In this document: in pieces, positions 1 through 15,034 of the stretch
How the letters are laid out: each line of letters opens with the position of its first letter
How positions within the stretch are numbered: position 1 is the first letter of the stretch
NCBI RefSeq assembly: GCF_009914755.1
Contig: NC_060936.1
Direction: 5' to 3' (one strand)
Length of the DNA stretch: 64,000 nucleotides
Source: the human T2T-CHM13v2.0 reference genome, Homo sapiens
The notes under the pieces: model-generated
Seen by the model: only the letters and a program-made list of their open reading frames with translations
The model's database searches: none
Told to the model about the DNA's origin: nothing
Program-made: the position numbers and the translations under genes

Positions 1-208
1 GTGATCTTGGCTCACTGCAACCTCCGCCTCCTGGGTTCAAGTGATTTCTCAGCCTCCTGAGTAGCTGGGATTACAGGCACATGCCACCCCTTACAGACAG
101 GGTTTCGCCATGTTGGCCAGACTAGTCTTGAACTTCTGACCCTCAGGTGATCTGCCTGCCTCGGCCTCCCAAAGTGCTGGGATTACAGGCGTGAGCCACC
201 TTGCCCTG
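1..208 (-). mobile_element. Alu (partial, internal deletion around middle linker)
   Basis: Reverse-complement Alu motifs (ctcccaaagtgctgggattacaggcgtgagccacc); gccacccc joins directly to acagacagggtttc. Confidence 0.9.
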
Positions 209-660
209 ACTAGTTGGCATTTTTTTTTAATCATCTGAAATCTTTTTAAATACAGATTCCTGGACTCCACCACCCCCAAAATCTTGTCTGAGAATAAGAA
301 TTTTTGGATTGAGTGCAGGTATCTGAATTTTAACAAATAGCCTAACTGACATACTTTGATAAGTATCAGTTGTCTTCCACCAATCTGACCCATCTCTTAC
401 TTCAAACAAACAAACAAAAAAAGACTATACACATGTTTGGTACAAGCCAAATTTTGCACCGAAATTTCTGCTGCAAGTATCTATTTTTGCTGTTGTTTCG
501 ATGCATTACTTATTTAAGCCTAGAATAGTCAAGCATTTAAAGCATATGTCCAGCCCTGAGTTCCATTGGAAATTAGTTGGGAAGGCATCCCCAGTGAATG
601 TGTGCAAATATTTTCACACAGAATATCAGAAAGTCTTCATAAATGTCTCCCTTTAGTTGA

Positions 661-975
661 TTTTTTTTTTTTTGAGACAGAATCTCACTGTGTCGCCCAG
701 GCTGGAGTACAGTGGCACAATCTCAGCTCACTGCAACCTTCATCTCTCCTCACTGCAACCTCCATCTCTAGGGTTCAAAGGATTCTTGTGCCTCAGCCTC
801 CTGAGTAGCTGGAACTACAGGTGCGCCACCACGCCTGGCTGATTTTTGTATTTTTAGTAGAGACGGGGTTTCACCATGTTGGCCAGGCTTGTCTTGAACT
901 CCTGGCCTCAAGTGATCTGCCCGCCTTGTCTTCCAAAAGTTCTGGGATTACAGGCGTGAGCCACTGCGCCCAGCC
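661..975 (-). mobile_element. AluS-type SINE with internal ~22-bp tandem duplication
   Basis: Poly-T start, both arms, ctcactgcaacc..catctc repeated; ttagttg flanking repeat. Confidence 0.92.
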
Positions 976-1329
976 TTAGTTGGCTTTTTGAGTTACCTCT
1001 GCATTGACATATTTCCAGATGTTCAGCAGAAGAAAACTGCCCACCTTTAGGAAGAGGTGAGAGGAGTCACAGGGAAGCCTAGTTACACTGTGAGGCGAGT
1101 GAGCAGCAGAGAGTGAGAGGAAGCAAGCTGAAACCAGCTGGGAGCAAGACAGTGTAGCCAAGATGAGGAAGCTAAAAATGTCACTCCTGCAGCTTGTTCA
1201 GCTCCTCCTAGCAAGAGGAGTCGCTCCCTGTCCGTGCCCCTATTCTGATGTGGATATGTCTCTATTACAGAGTTTTTTACAGCAAAGTGTACTTCACTGT
1301 CTCTCCCGGGCAGTAAGCTCCTTCCAGAT

Positions 1330-1575
1330 GGAGCTGTGGCTGACAGTATCATGGTTAAAAGTTTGTTCTCCAGGCAGACCCCAAATTCAAATCCAGATCT
1401 GCCACTTATTGGCTGTGAGAGCTTGGCAACTTATCCTCCTAACCTCAGCTGTCTCATCTGCAAAATGGACACAATAATAACTCCCCTAGAGGGACGGTTC
1501 CATGGATTAAGTGAGATAATCCACATAAACTTCTTAGCAAGCTTTCACTGTAAGTGTTTAATAAATGTTAGTTCT
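1330..1575 (+). mobile_element. MIR-like SINE relic
   Basis: ttcaaatcc...ctgccactta...ctcatctgcaaaatgg...ggattaagtgagataat MIR core motifs. Confidence 0.6.
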
Positions 1576-1601
1576 TATAAATTATTATTTGACATGGTGG
1601 A

Positions 1602-2158
1602 TCATGTGATCCACCTGCCTCAGCCTCCCAAAGTGCTGGGATTACAGATGTGCTGCCACCTCGCCCTGCCCAAAGTTAATATTTTGAGTTTCTTGTACTG
1701 ACTGGGGACACTGTTAGGAGCAGGGTTTAAGAGTCTGTTTAAAACTCTCCAGGGAGCACAGGTGTCCCCTAGCCTCCCTCCAACCTGAGGAAAAGGGGCT
1801 TTGATGAGGGTGTAGGGCTAAAGGGGTTTCCAGAGATACACCTGGGCTGCAAGGCTCCAGGGCAGGGGTGTAAGAATGGTGGTGGGGCCAGCAGGTTACA
1901 GCCTCAGGGCTGACTGCTACTCTCCCCTGCTAGCCTGTGAGGCTGGTGTCATAGGAAGGCTCGAGCTGCTTCCAAGTTGGTCCAAGTTACTTGGAGGAAC
2001 TCTTGCCCTCTGATGTCTAGGGACTGGGTAACAACAGAATTTATTATCCAAACCTGGACATGAGTGGGAAAGGGTCTGTTATGAATAATTACACAGGACC
2101 GGCCCAGGCAAACCAAGATGGGGGCCACCCTACCTATGAATGTGGTTTAGGGAAGACC
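1602..2158 (+). repeat. Left arm of inverted duplication
   Basis: Reverse complement of 2785-3340, about 22 differences by manual alignment. Confidence 0.97.
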
Positions 2159-2442
2159 TTTGTGATGAATGAAATGGAAATGAGGACCTCTGGTACCCAT
2201 CCTACCACAGCCAGCCTCAGCTCCAGCTGGGCACCTGAGGAGGATGGAAAACAAGGCCAGTCAAGGGCTCACTGCTGATGAGTCTAAGTATCTGCTGAAA
2301 GCCTTATGTGAAATGCCTAATCCTGTTGCACTTGGACCAGAAGCCCAGGCTGGGAGACCCCTCATGGCCTCTTCCCTGGGTCCACTCTTCTCTTAGCTCT
2401 TGGGGTTTCACCACGCTGTGGAAAGATGTAAAGAAAAAGGAA

Positions 2443-2738
2443 GGCCAGGCATGGTAGCTCACACCTGTAATCCCAGCACAGGTGTGAGCTGAGTTGGGAG
2501 GGTTGCTTGAGCCCAGGAGTTTTGAGACCAGCCTGGGCAACAGGGCAAAACACCGCGTCTACAAAAACTACAAAAAAATTTAGCTGGGTGTGGTCATGCA
2601 CGCCTGTAGTCTCAGCTATTCAGGAGGCTGAGATGGGAGAATCACCTGAGCCCATGAAGTCGAGGCTGCAGTGAGCCATGATTGCACCACTGCACTCCAG
2701 CCGGGGTGACAGAGCAAGACCCCATCTCAAAAAAAAAA
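2443..2738 (+). mobile_element. AluJ-type SINE in inverted-repeat spacer
   Basis: Full dimer, A tail, TSD aaagaaaaaggaag. Confidence 0.92.
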
Positions 2739-2810
2739 AGGAATAAAAGAAAAAGGAAGCCAAGAAAAAGAGGACCAAGAGAAGGGTCTTCCCTAAACCA
2801 CATTCATAGG

Positions 2811-2918
2811 TAGGGTAACCCCCTCTTGGTTTGCCTGGGCTAGTTCTGTGTAATTATTCGTAACAGACCCTTTCCCACTCATGTCCAGGTTTGGATAATA
2901 AATTCTGTTGTTATCCAG
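2811..2918. mobile_element. MER94/MER81-like hAT MITE relic (second copy at ~2025-2132 in left arm)
   Basis: tagggtaacc...ggtttgcctggg...taattatt...gtccaggtttggataataaatt resembles recalled MER94 consensus. Confidence 0.55.
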
Positions 2919-3271
2919 CCCCCAGACATCAGAGGGCAAGAGTCCCTCCAAGTAACTTGGACCAACTTGGAAGCAGCTCAAGCCTTCCTATGACACCAGC
3001 CTCATAGGCTAGCAGGGGAGAGTAGCAGTCAGCCCTGAGGCTGTAACCTGCTGGCCCCACCACCATTCTTACACCCCTGCCCTGGAGCCTTGCAGCCCAG
3101 GTGTATCCCTGGAAACCCCTTTAGCCCTACACCCTCATCAAAGCCCCTTTTCCTCAGGTTGGAGGGAGCCTAGGGGACACCTGTGCTCCCTGGAGAGTTT
3201 TAAACAGACTCTTAAACCCTGCTCCTAACAGTGTCCCCAGTCAGTACAAGAAACTCAAAATATTAACTTTT

Positions 3272-3623
<352 letters not shown>

Positions 3624-4103
3624 CTAATTTGTTTTTTTATAGCTCCAAAACTCTTGGGTGAGGGATAAAACAGTATTTAACCAGCTATTGATGTCCAGCA
3701 GTCACAGGATATTAAAGATACAGGTCAAAAACATCAAAAAAGCACAATCAGTCACAATAACTAAGTCCTGTCAAGCAGTTTACATTCACAGTGTGCTTCC
3801 ATACATACGACCTCACTGTTGCCTTTCATCCCCACCGAGAGATCAGCATTGTCAGCCCAAAGTCTGCAGGTTAGAAACAGGCCACTGAGAAAGGCTGAAT
3901 TGCTCAAGGTCACTCAGTATGTAAGTGGCAGACCTGGAACCTGAAGCCAAGTCTTTTGATTTCAAACCTTGTGATTCTCTCTAACACGAGGAGTCACATA
4001 TTCAGATTAACTTGAATTCAACCATAAATTTTCCAGGAATAAAAAGAAAAAGAAGAGAGAAAAATACAGAGAGAAAAAAAAGTGAGAGGGAGCAACCATT
4101 TAA

Positions 4104-4469
<366 letters not shown>

Positions 4470-5239
4470 TGACCTATCCTTTTAATGCAAACATGACATG
4501 GAATGCGCAAGTGAGCTGAAACATGACAACATCGTTCACTCCATGGGACTCCATTCTCAGATGCTTTCATCATGAGACCGTCTCGTCTCACTGAACGTGA
4601 TTCTAGGATTTAAAGGCATGTGTTTTTGGATAACACAATCCCTAAACACAAATGAACACCTCTAGGTCATCTGGTGTTCAACCCAAGGAAACAAGCATGC
4701 TGGAGGAAAACCCTTAGGGTGGGACAATGTCAGACCCCACATGGCATCTTCCACCGGTCTCAGCCCCCATAGGAGCTGTGACTCCCGCAGCGTCCACCAT
4801 TTTATAACTGAAAAAGTGTTCGCACAGACCCAGCTCACCCAATCCTTTCAACATCCTTGAGAAAGGGAGAGTAGGACAGATGTCATTGTCCCTATCCCAT
4901 AGGTGGGGCAGGATAATATTTTGAAATACTACACTGTGTATTTCTTCTGCGTATTTTATGCTACAGGAAAGGAAGGAATGCAATTAGTGAAGGCTCATTC
5001 AGGTCAGGCCTCTGAATGTGGGGCTCTCTGAGCTGGGCAAGTTTCTTGTGCCTGAACTTAGCCCAGAAGTCACAGAGCTGCCTGCCACCAAGACACATGG
5101 CTTGGGCAGAGCAGGTGCCAGCTGTGACCATGCTGGACTGAGGCTGGATGATCCTCCCCATAAACTAAGGCACCACTAAGGCGCCTTTCTTCTTATATGT
5201 ATTAGTCTGTTTTCACACTGCTATAAAGAACTACCTGAA

Positions 5240-5563
5240 GCCAGGCGTGGTGGCTCACGCCTATAATCTCAGCACTTTGGGAGGCCTAGGCGGGTGGATT
5301 ACTTGAGGTCAGGAATTCGAGACCAGACTGACCAACATGGTGAAACCTCTTCTCTACTAAAAATACAAAAATTAGCCAGGCTTGGTGGTGCATGCCTATA
5401 ATCCGAGCCACTCAAGAGGCTGAGGCAGGAGAGTAACTTGAACCTGGGAGGCAGAGGTTACAGTAAGCTGAAATCGTGCCACTGCATTCCAGTCTATCAT
5501 GCCACTGCATTCCAGCCTAGGCAACAGAGTGAGACCCTGTCTCAAAAAAAAAAAAAAAAAAAA
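5240..5563 (+). mobile_element. AluS-type SINE with internal duplication
   Basis: Full dimer; gccactgcattccag repeated. Confidence 0.92.
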
Positions 5564-5657
5564 ACCCTGAGACTGGGTAATTTATGAAGAAAAAGGTTTG
5601 ACTCACAGCCCCACAGGTTTAACAGGAAGCATGACTGGGAGGCCTCAGGAAACTTAA

Positions 5658-6054
<397 letters not shown>

Positions 6055-8274
6055 ATGTGCCCCACACTTTTAAACCCCATCAGATCTCGTGAGAACTCAC
6101 TCACTACCACAAGAACAGCAAGGGAGAAATGAGCTTTCATGATCCAATCACCTCCCACCAGGAACCTCTTCCAATTCAACATGAGATTTGGTTGGGGACA
6201 GAAATCCAAACCATATTATTATACAACCCAAGGGAGTTGGAAGGATCCCCAATAATGACTGTAAATTTCTTCCAAACCCTGGGATATAGAGCACTCACAA
6301 TCATGTTTCTGTTGAATTTTTTAAATGAAATATGAAATCTCTTGCAGAACATATTTTGTGATTGCAAATTTTTCCCATTACACAAATAAAAAAAGAACAG
6401 GATGACAAACATCCATAAACTATACATTTGAGGTAAATGGGCTAGCCTCATCTGGAATAAGACACTTGGTTTATTAAACAGCCTGTTGGCTAATTTTTGG
6501 TTTTTCCTTTGTTTCCTGTAGAGACCACAGTAGTTTAAAGTGACTTCAGGGACCCCTGTCCTTCACTGACTTACTGGATGGTCTCTACCATCAGTTACCC
6601 TCCAAAATATATAAAGCCAAAGCAGCTTATGTGGCACCTTGGAGGTCCACAAAAGAAGGGGTTCCAAAAGCATGCAGTCATTAAGCAACTTTTTATGCCC
6701 TAGTTCCAGGGCCTTGCATCCAGATATAAAACAAAGCTCAGGTACATAGAATGGCTGCCTGTCCTGTAAGGTTCTATGGATATAAACTCACTTGCAATTC
6801 ATCCTGCTGAAAATGTCTCCTTTCCCGCCACCTACTTAGGTCCTGTTCTGCTTCTACTCTGCAACACTCTGAATTCTGGCTGTTGCTTTTGTTTTTTGTT
6901 TTGTTTTGTTTTTAGCATGTAAGGGTGTCTTTTCTCACTTTCAAGCTGAGCTATACATTCAAGGCTTTCTCTTATATTTCCAGCGTGTCTCTATGTCCAG
7001 AGCCTGAGGAGGGCTTCCCACCGTACCCTGGTTTGCTATGTTCAAGGTAGTCTCCACCAAAAGTTCATTCATTCAGTCAACATTTCTGAGAGCTTATGAG
7101 GTGTCAGGCACTACGCAGGGCACAGAGGGCACAAACATGAGTGAGATGGCATGCCTGTTCCTAGCAATCTCATAGTCTAGAGAGGAAACTCCAGCACAAC
7201 GGGGCTAGTGCCTGGTATAGGTGTGAACAAAGGGAACAGCAGCAAAGAGAACCAAGCCACTGACTCTGATGGGAATGGTGGGGAGGGATTTGCACGTATG
7301 GCTGTGCGATGAGTGTGACCAATATCCATCCATGATCCGCATGGCAGGGAAATAAATTAACCTTGACATTTATGATCTGTACTTGTTTAAAAATATAATC
7401 GAGCATAACATCAGATGGGTTGTTAGACTGATCCTCAAGAAACCTGGGTCAGAGTTCTCACTCTGCCTCTATGTGAACTGAGCACGGCATTGCACATGGC
7501 CAGGCGTCACTTTCTCACAGTATTATTTAATCAGTTGAGTTAAATAATCCCTAAGATCCCAACTAGCTGAAAACTACATGATTATTATACTTAATGTCAT
7601 CACTTTCCCACCCAAAAAGCATTTCTATAAGTTATTTAAGAAAATAAAGCTAAATATATCTGTTTGCCACGGTCAACACATGCAAATTTAGCCAAAGGAA
7701 CAGACCTAGAAGAAGAAAGCAGACACAAACCAAAAGACTAAAGAGCGGAGAGATTGCTGGGGAGCCCTGGGCACAATGAGTGGATGAAGCAGGAACGCAG
7801 AGAAGTGTGGCTGTGGTTGTTTAGTTTTGACTGAATATCTGCAGGTCACCTTCTTGACCACAAACTTCTCAAAGTTCCAAATCACATCTTCTCACTGCAG
7901 CCCACTAAAGAGCACCAAGGGATCTTTCATAAATACAAATTGGTTATGATGAAGAAGAGAGTGTCCGTTCGCTGATGTTTGTTGAGTGCTGCTGATAACA
8001 GTCTTTCAACCTGCCCCGAGCTGCCTTCTCCTGACAAGCAATTTGTAAGACGTAATGAGCCCGGTTAATCCAACACACGCAGCCCCCTGGATCACATGTA
8101 ACAGAAACTGCACGTCCTCCAGAGCACAGATCAGTATGAAGCGAGGTAAACTGTGATTCTAAATGCGTAGTTTCCTTTGCTCACCCAGCTCGGAATAGGT
8201 CGCTTGCAATCTTCAACTCAGCTCTGCCAAAGTTGGATTCCTGTCCCGCCACCGAGGCGGCAAAATGGGAAGCG

Positions 8275-8293
8275 CAGCGCCATCTGCTGTCCG
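8275..8293 (-). promoter_or_regulatory. Candidate CTCF site in small CpG-enriched patch
   Basis: Minus strand GGACAGCAGATGGCGCTG matches the CTCF core; local CpG enrichment ~8180-8440. Confidence 0.6.
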
Positions 8294-8394
8294 TCGAGGG
8301 GAGAGTCGAGGCTGCTACGGAATTGCTACGGTGTATGGAAGGGGGTCCTTCCGGTGGGACCTGGACTCCTTTGCAAAGCAATTCTCTCCACTAT

Positions 8395-10274
8395 AAAGGA
8401 ATACATGAGATTTATTTGTTACAGTGCGAGCTTTCGTATTTATTTTGTTTTCTTTAGGTATGATAGTCTAGATAAAATTTCTTTGATTTCAGACAAAAAT
8501 GAAATTAGAAATTCAAACCTAGTTATAATGTTTTAATGTATGCACTAAACTAGGGCATGCATTTCATAATAAAAGTATCTAACCCCAATTACAGAGCTTT
8601 CCTTCACATTCATTGTAAGTACCATAAAATTAATGGCGTACACACAAGCTGATATTTATACAAATATAAAGAGAACTATTGAAGAAGGAAAATGTATTCA
8701 ACTATGTTATAAAAGAAACAGCACCTTTTGAGTTATTAAATATTTTTACAGTAACATTAGAATTTAAAGCAAATGGTTCAAAGGATGTCTTGCTTTCCTA
8801 AAAAAGCTGAAACTTTGCACCAAGTTGGCTGATTTGTTCTTAATTGCACTTGGTATGTAATTCTATTTTAATAGTCTATTTTCAGAGCTGACAGTGGGAC
8901 ACTGAGTTTCTTTCAACTATGAATGAAAACGTAATGTTTAGGACTAGATATTGGCTTTCTAATGTAGATGATTTGGAGCTTGTGTGTTATGACCAGAAAA
9001 AAAAAATGGTGGACAGAATGTCAAGGACAGCCACAAATATCTCGGAAGTCTCACCTACAGTACCGCCATCCCTAAGATTCTAGAAAGATACTATGATGGG
9101 GACCTGGACAGTGATACCCAGAGGCAGCTTCCTTTGGCCACTTTCTCCCGACATCTGATTCCAGTGGATATTTATTAATTAAGCTTCTATTACTATAATT
9201 TCAGGTAGGAGAGACCGAAACAGGTAAACTATGCTTATTTTTTATTACAAATATTCCCAAAAATATTTGGAAAGAAAAAGATGCTAGAAATAGCATCTTC
9301 AGGAAACAAAGTATAGGTTACGCTGTAAGAAACTGCTGCTGCTTGGCTATTTTTTTTTTTTTTTTACCAAAAGCAAAGGAATTTCATATAGTTCACCCTA
9401 ATACTTAGGACACTCAAGGGTGCACTGACATGGATGTGATAGGGAATGACATCCCTTGTAAACGCAGTCTTTACATAGATGCTTCTTCACGTCTGAGGCT
9501 AGGTTTATGAGAAGTTAGTTTGGACAAATGTTTTAGTCTGTGACATGAGTTTTATAAAAGAGCACCATCCCTCAGCAGAATGCAGTAGCTCAAATGAGCT
9601 TTCAATAGGGGCTGTTGATTTGGTTGTTAAGACTTAGATTCTTATCCTTGTTCACCAGTTAAGTCTCTGTCCAGCTTTTCTTATTGTAGAGTAGATAAGA
9701 ACTATATATAAAATTAATATTTTCATACATTGACTAGTAGACATGCTGCAATACAAAAAGCCCATTTTTAAGTCAGTTGCTTAAATGTAAGCAAGCACTT
9801 CCTCAAAGAAATAAAAAGTGGTCCTAAAAAGTGGTCAAGTTTTCAGGTCCAGTCACAGGGGTCTACATAATTCACAATTCAGCCACACTCATGTTATTTT
9901 ACAAATCTGAATTATAAGCCAAGGAAGCAGAAAGACAAAACGAAGAAGAAAAGTGATCAAAAACTGATAGTATGGTACTTAGTGTTTATGATACCATGTT
10001 CAGTATTCTGGTAAACCATGATATTCTTAAGTATTGAAATACATACTTAGTTCTGAATGATGCTGATATTTTCATACTTCCAAAAAACATGAAATCTAAA
10101 TCCTTTATGTATTCAAAAATCAATGACTCAATTTTTGATGTATGCAACAAAACAAATCTGTGTTCATTTTTTTACATCTACACAGATCTACACCCATAAA
10201 GGCCGCAATGAGCAAACAGATGTGCAACTGGAGCTTCCACTGAAAGCATAAGTCTCAGTCTGTGCATGATGAAA
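8395..10274 (-). other. Candidate terminal exon/3'UTR of unidentified minus-strand gene
   Basis: Acceptor ttgtttttcttag|TTTCAT at 10275/10274; ~1.9 kb AT-rich without recognisable repeats; AATAAA at 8444-8439 and 8416-8411. Confidence 0.5.
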
Positions 10275-10435
10275 CTAAGAAAAACAAAGACAAGCAGAAA
10301 TGCTCTCTTCAAAACAAAATAGAACAGCTTACCATAATAAAAAGACTGTCACTCTAAAAAAACAAAGTACGAAATTTTCAAAAAGTACTCTTCAAAGAGA
10401 TGGGGTGACTTGAAGATAGTCAAAAGAAAATGTCT

Positions 10436-10562
10436 GAGCCAGGAGTGGTGACGTGTACTTGTAGTCCCAGCTGCTTAGGAAGCTGAGGCAGGAAGATTGC
10501 TTGAATCCAGGAGTTGGAGACCATCTTGTGCAATATAGCAAGACCCCATATCTAAGAAAAAG
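10436..10562 (+). mobile_element. FLAM/Alu monomer
   Basis: Single Alu arm with A-rich end. Confidence 0.8.
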
Positions 10563-10759
10563 CAGAAAGAAAACAAGACACTATTTTATAGATTTTATTG
10601 ATGAATAATTTATACTATTATAATGTATGCTTATTTTCATAAATTTTTATATTACTTGAGGTTTTCTAGGTTTATACATTTTTATATTTGAAATGTATGA
10701 AATTTTGAGTCCCAATGAAATTTTTTAGGAATTCTAAAAATGTGTTTTAAATAATTTGA

Positions 10760-11099
<340 letters not shown>

Positions 11100-12107
11100 T
11101 CACCATTCATTTCACTTAAAATCAGAATAAATAGTGAAGAAACAGAAATATCATTTTCTGCTGATGTATTGTAATGTCTAGTGGTGCTCAAACAGAGACG
11201 GCATGTGGAGGAAGAAGGAACAAAGCATTAGGTCAAGAGACCTAGATTTCAGGCTGAATTAGGCCCTACAGAGGCTGTAAACAGTGAATGGTGATCCCTC
11301 ACCATTATGAAAATAAAAATACAAATGACATTACACCATAAACTAAGTCCAAAAGAGTCCTTATTTTTCCCATAATGAACAGTAAATATTTTTGTTAAAT
11401 ATTTTATTTTTCCCCCCTAGAATTATTCTGGTGCTCCTGATTTGTTAGTTGCCTGAGAATAAGACATGCTCCATCAGACTCCAAAAAGTTCAGTCCTCTC
11501 CAGCCTGTTCTTCTGGTCAGCTCTGCCCATCGGTCATTAACCTCTCTAGGCCTCTTTCTCCAGCAACACAATGAAGGGTTTTGATCAGGTGGCATCTGGG
11601 CTTCCACCCAGCTCGGAAGAATAACTCCCTGCTCCGGTCACTGCAGAGCCAGCCCTAGGCCGTGTTTCCTGAACCTTTGAAATCCTGTCACCTCCCTTTT
11701 TAAGAGCATGCTGTTGAGCTAACTCATGGGGCTGTGTGAATGAATGATAGCCTTAACCTTGCCGGGTGTGTCTTTATTTTAATATTACAAACCATGAGAC
11801 TCTAGTTAAGGGAATTTCAGACATTTTTAAGAATGATTTTTGTTTTTTTTCCAGGGGTGGTAAGTGTGGTGTTTCCTGAGAGCAGAGGCTTTGGAGCATG
11901 ACTGATAAGGGTTTAAAGGCTAGTTCTACTGAATGGGTGAAGATGCTGATTTGGTAAGGGCATGGAAAAATAGGCACTCTCAAGTACACCTCTGTGGAAA
12001 GGAGTTTGGGTTATAGCTTTCAAAATTTCCTGCTTATCTACTGTCAGGGCAATTCCACGTGAGGAATTTTTCCTGAAAATATACTCAAATAAAGGCAAAA
12101 TATGAGT

Positions 12108-12481
12108 TCACTGCTATAAAGAACTATCTGCGACTGGGTAATTTATGAAGAAGAGAGGTTTCATTGACTCACTCACAGTTCCACAGGCTGTACAGGAAGC
12201 ATCACTAGGAGGCCTCAGGAAACTTACAATCATGGCAGAAGGTGAAGGGGAAGCAAGCACATCTTACCATGGCAGAGCAGGAGAGAGAAAGAGAGCAAAG
12301 GGGGAAGTGCCACACACCTTCAAACAACCAGATCTCATGAGAACTCACTCACTATCACAAGAGCAGCAAGGGGGAAGTCCACCTCCATGATCCAATTACC
12401 TCCCACCATGCCCTCCCCTGACATGTGGGGATTACAATTCAATATGAGATTTGAGTGGGGACACAGAGCCATACCATATCA
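12108..12481 (-). mobile_element. MST/THE1 MaLR LTR
   Basis: ctgctataaagaact...ggcctcaggaaacttacaatcatgg...gggacacagagcc. Confidence 0.88.
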
Positions 12482-14389
12482 GGGTAGAAGAACATGGATG
12501 GGTGCCAAGGACTCTAAGGCACAGATTGTGCTGGTCAGTGACCCACTGCTCCTCAGCACACAGCCACTCTTCTAGACTATGCTTGTACTCCTAGGGCTGG
12601 GAGTGTGCAGACCACATTTTTCAGGCTCCCTTGTCAGCTGCTTCCTGTTTGGTTCTCCCAATAACAGACTCTAGTGGTCTTTTCTTGGTCCAAGAAGAGA
12701 CAAACATTCTGCTTCTGGCCCTGGCAGTGTGGTAGTTGCTGGGGGAGGCTGGCAGGAACTGTAGTGGCAACAGGATTCCGACCCCCCAGCATGATAGGCA
12801 GCATCTTTTCAGCTATTTCAGTTCTAATCTAGGTGCACAACTCTGGCAGAGCCAGAACCAACTGGCTCAACATTAGCTCCTACAGTGCCACCTCTACCCT
12901 GGGGGTATTAGCAGCTCCTGATCTCAGATTATCACACCATCTTCCTTTTTTTCCCAGGGCCCCTAAACCTTTTTCCTTTTGCTCTCCCAACACTTCTAAG
13001 ACCATTCTAATCGGTTACCTATATTGAATTTTTCTCTGTTTGAAATACTAAGCAAATTCTGTTTTTCAGAATGAACTTCAAATGATACAAAGATCATTCA
13101 TTCCAGTATTGTATTTAATTTAAAAAATGATTTTAGAACAATGTGTCACTCAGTAAGGAACTGGTTAAATAAATTATAGCACAAACAAACACAAGAATAC
13201 TATACAGTTGTCAAAAAGACTGATGCAGTTCTGTATGTACCAATATGAATCATCTTCAAGTTGTTATAGTTAAAAAAAAATAGGTACAGAATACCACATG
13301 TCAGATGCTACCACTTGTGTTGATCTCTCTTTCGGTAGAATTTTTAAGTTCACAGGCTCTCTACACTGGCCAACTGCCATGATTTAATTGGCTCCATGGC
13401 CACACTGTGGCCGAAAAAACCTTTCTCATCTTCTTTCTACCATTTCCTCTGTTTACCTTCTTTCCCAAAAAATATTAAGTTTTTGTCATGATCTATGGCT
13501 GATAAGATTCATGTAAATCTAAAATGTAATACAATTAGATTCTCAGATCATTTCAAAATCCAGTCAGAGATTAGGAGTCCACATTGTAAACTGCTACTTG
13601 AGCTTGTTTGATCTGCAGATTTATTTGTGTTTTTTAAATTCTGTGGGTGGGGACTGATTCAGAGTTCTTATGTGTGCACGACCTATGAGACTAGAAAACT
13701 GTAACACATGGAGAACTCTTTTTAAAAGAGATCTAGGGTAAGACCGAGCACCCCATCATGCCTGAGAAATAGCCAGCCCTCTTCCTGGTCTATGAGGAAG
13801 ACTGTGACTGAACAAAATAACATGAGATTGGGGGAGAGAGATTGTGGAGCCGTAATTTTATGAAGATGCCAATCCACTTTTTGCACTTTATCTGTTGAAA
13901 AAAAAACAGAAGATTGAATAGCCAGGTGTGCTTTCACTTTTGTGGGGAAGAAGACAGTATTAATGAGAGGAAGAAGTTAAACTTCTCTGAGAAATAGAGG
14001 GTTTTACTTGACAGGGAAGGGAAACTCACAATCAAATTTTGGGTATTTTGTATTGCTGGCAGATTGTCCAAAGAGCTAGAGACAGGAGAAATGTGTACAT
14101 TCTCCGAGGTAAAGGAGTTGTGTAGCCTTTGGGTTTACTTACTTAATGTTTGTCCTTGACTCATTTCAGCATTTCTTGGAGAAAAATGAACGAGGAATTT
14201 AAAAAGGCAGTCAGGGGCTCTACTGCATTTTAAATCCTAAGAAGTGTCTAGGATTTTTGAAGTGACCCCATAAAGATCCAAACAATTTATCAGTCTGGAT
14301 TTGGTCAGAAAACAGTTACTACAAGTATTAAGAAGTAAGGGGTTTAACACAGGAATTAAAGACTGCAGCTAAAGAAGGAAAACAGTCCC

Positions 14390-14538
14390 TAACTTTCTTA
14401 AAACATTATGAAATTTATGCATGGGCCTTTTTTTTTTTAGCTCATCAGCTATCGTTATTGTTACTGTATCTTATGTGTGGCCCAAGACAATTCTTCTTCC
14501 AGTGTAGTTCATGAAAGCCAAAAGACTGGACAACCCTG
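14390..14538. mobile_element. MER30-like hAT relic
   Basis: agctcatcagctatcgtt...tgtggcccaagacaattcttcttcca...aagccaaaaga..ggaca. Confidence 0.7.
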
Positions 14539-14881
14539 CTAGGCCCTAAACTAAAGCAGTGAATAGGGAGAAGCAGCCAAAGTTCACAGGAAAACCAGGA
14601 AACTTCCAGGTTGCACCTGAGTATCACAGCTACCACGCGGGAGCGCTGGAGAAACCTGCAAAGCCATCGCAACTGGTTGCCATGACTTCCTGTGAATAAT
14701 GGCTTTTGCTTCACTGCTGTCTTCCAAATCTCAATGCAAGTTTCTCTCTTGCCCAGCTAAGAACCATACAGGGAAGGGGATTCCAGGGAAATGTAGTTCC
14801 AGCTTTACACGATGCCAGGCGGGCAATTGACAGTCTAGTACACACAACTTCACTATTATTCCTTCACTAAAACCTTTAGCA

Positions 14882-14999
14882 GCCTGGGTCCAGTGGCTCC
14901 TGCCTGTAATCCCAGCACTTTGGGAGGCCGAGGAGGGAGGATTGCTTGAGCTCAGAAGTTCGAGACCAGCTGGGCAACATGGCTAAACCCCATCTCTAC

Positions 15000-15034
<35 letters not shown>

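Noticed and set aside
2060-2981. Paired similar ORFs (MSGKGSV...NNYT) on opposite strands as a gene pair
   Set aside because: By-product of the inverted duplication over a MITE relic; frames not conserved between arms
8177-8536. 119-aa ORF or CpG-island promoter
   Set aside because: Non-ATG start, no recognisable homology; CpG patch too short for a typical island
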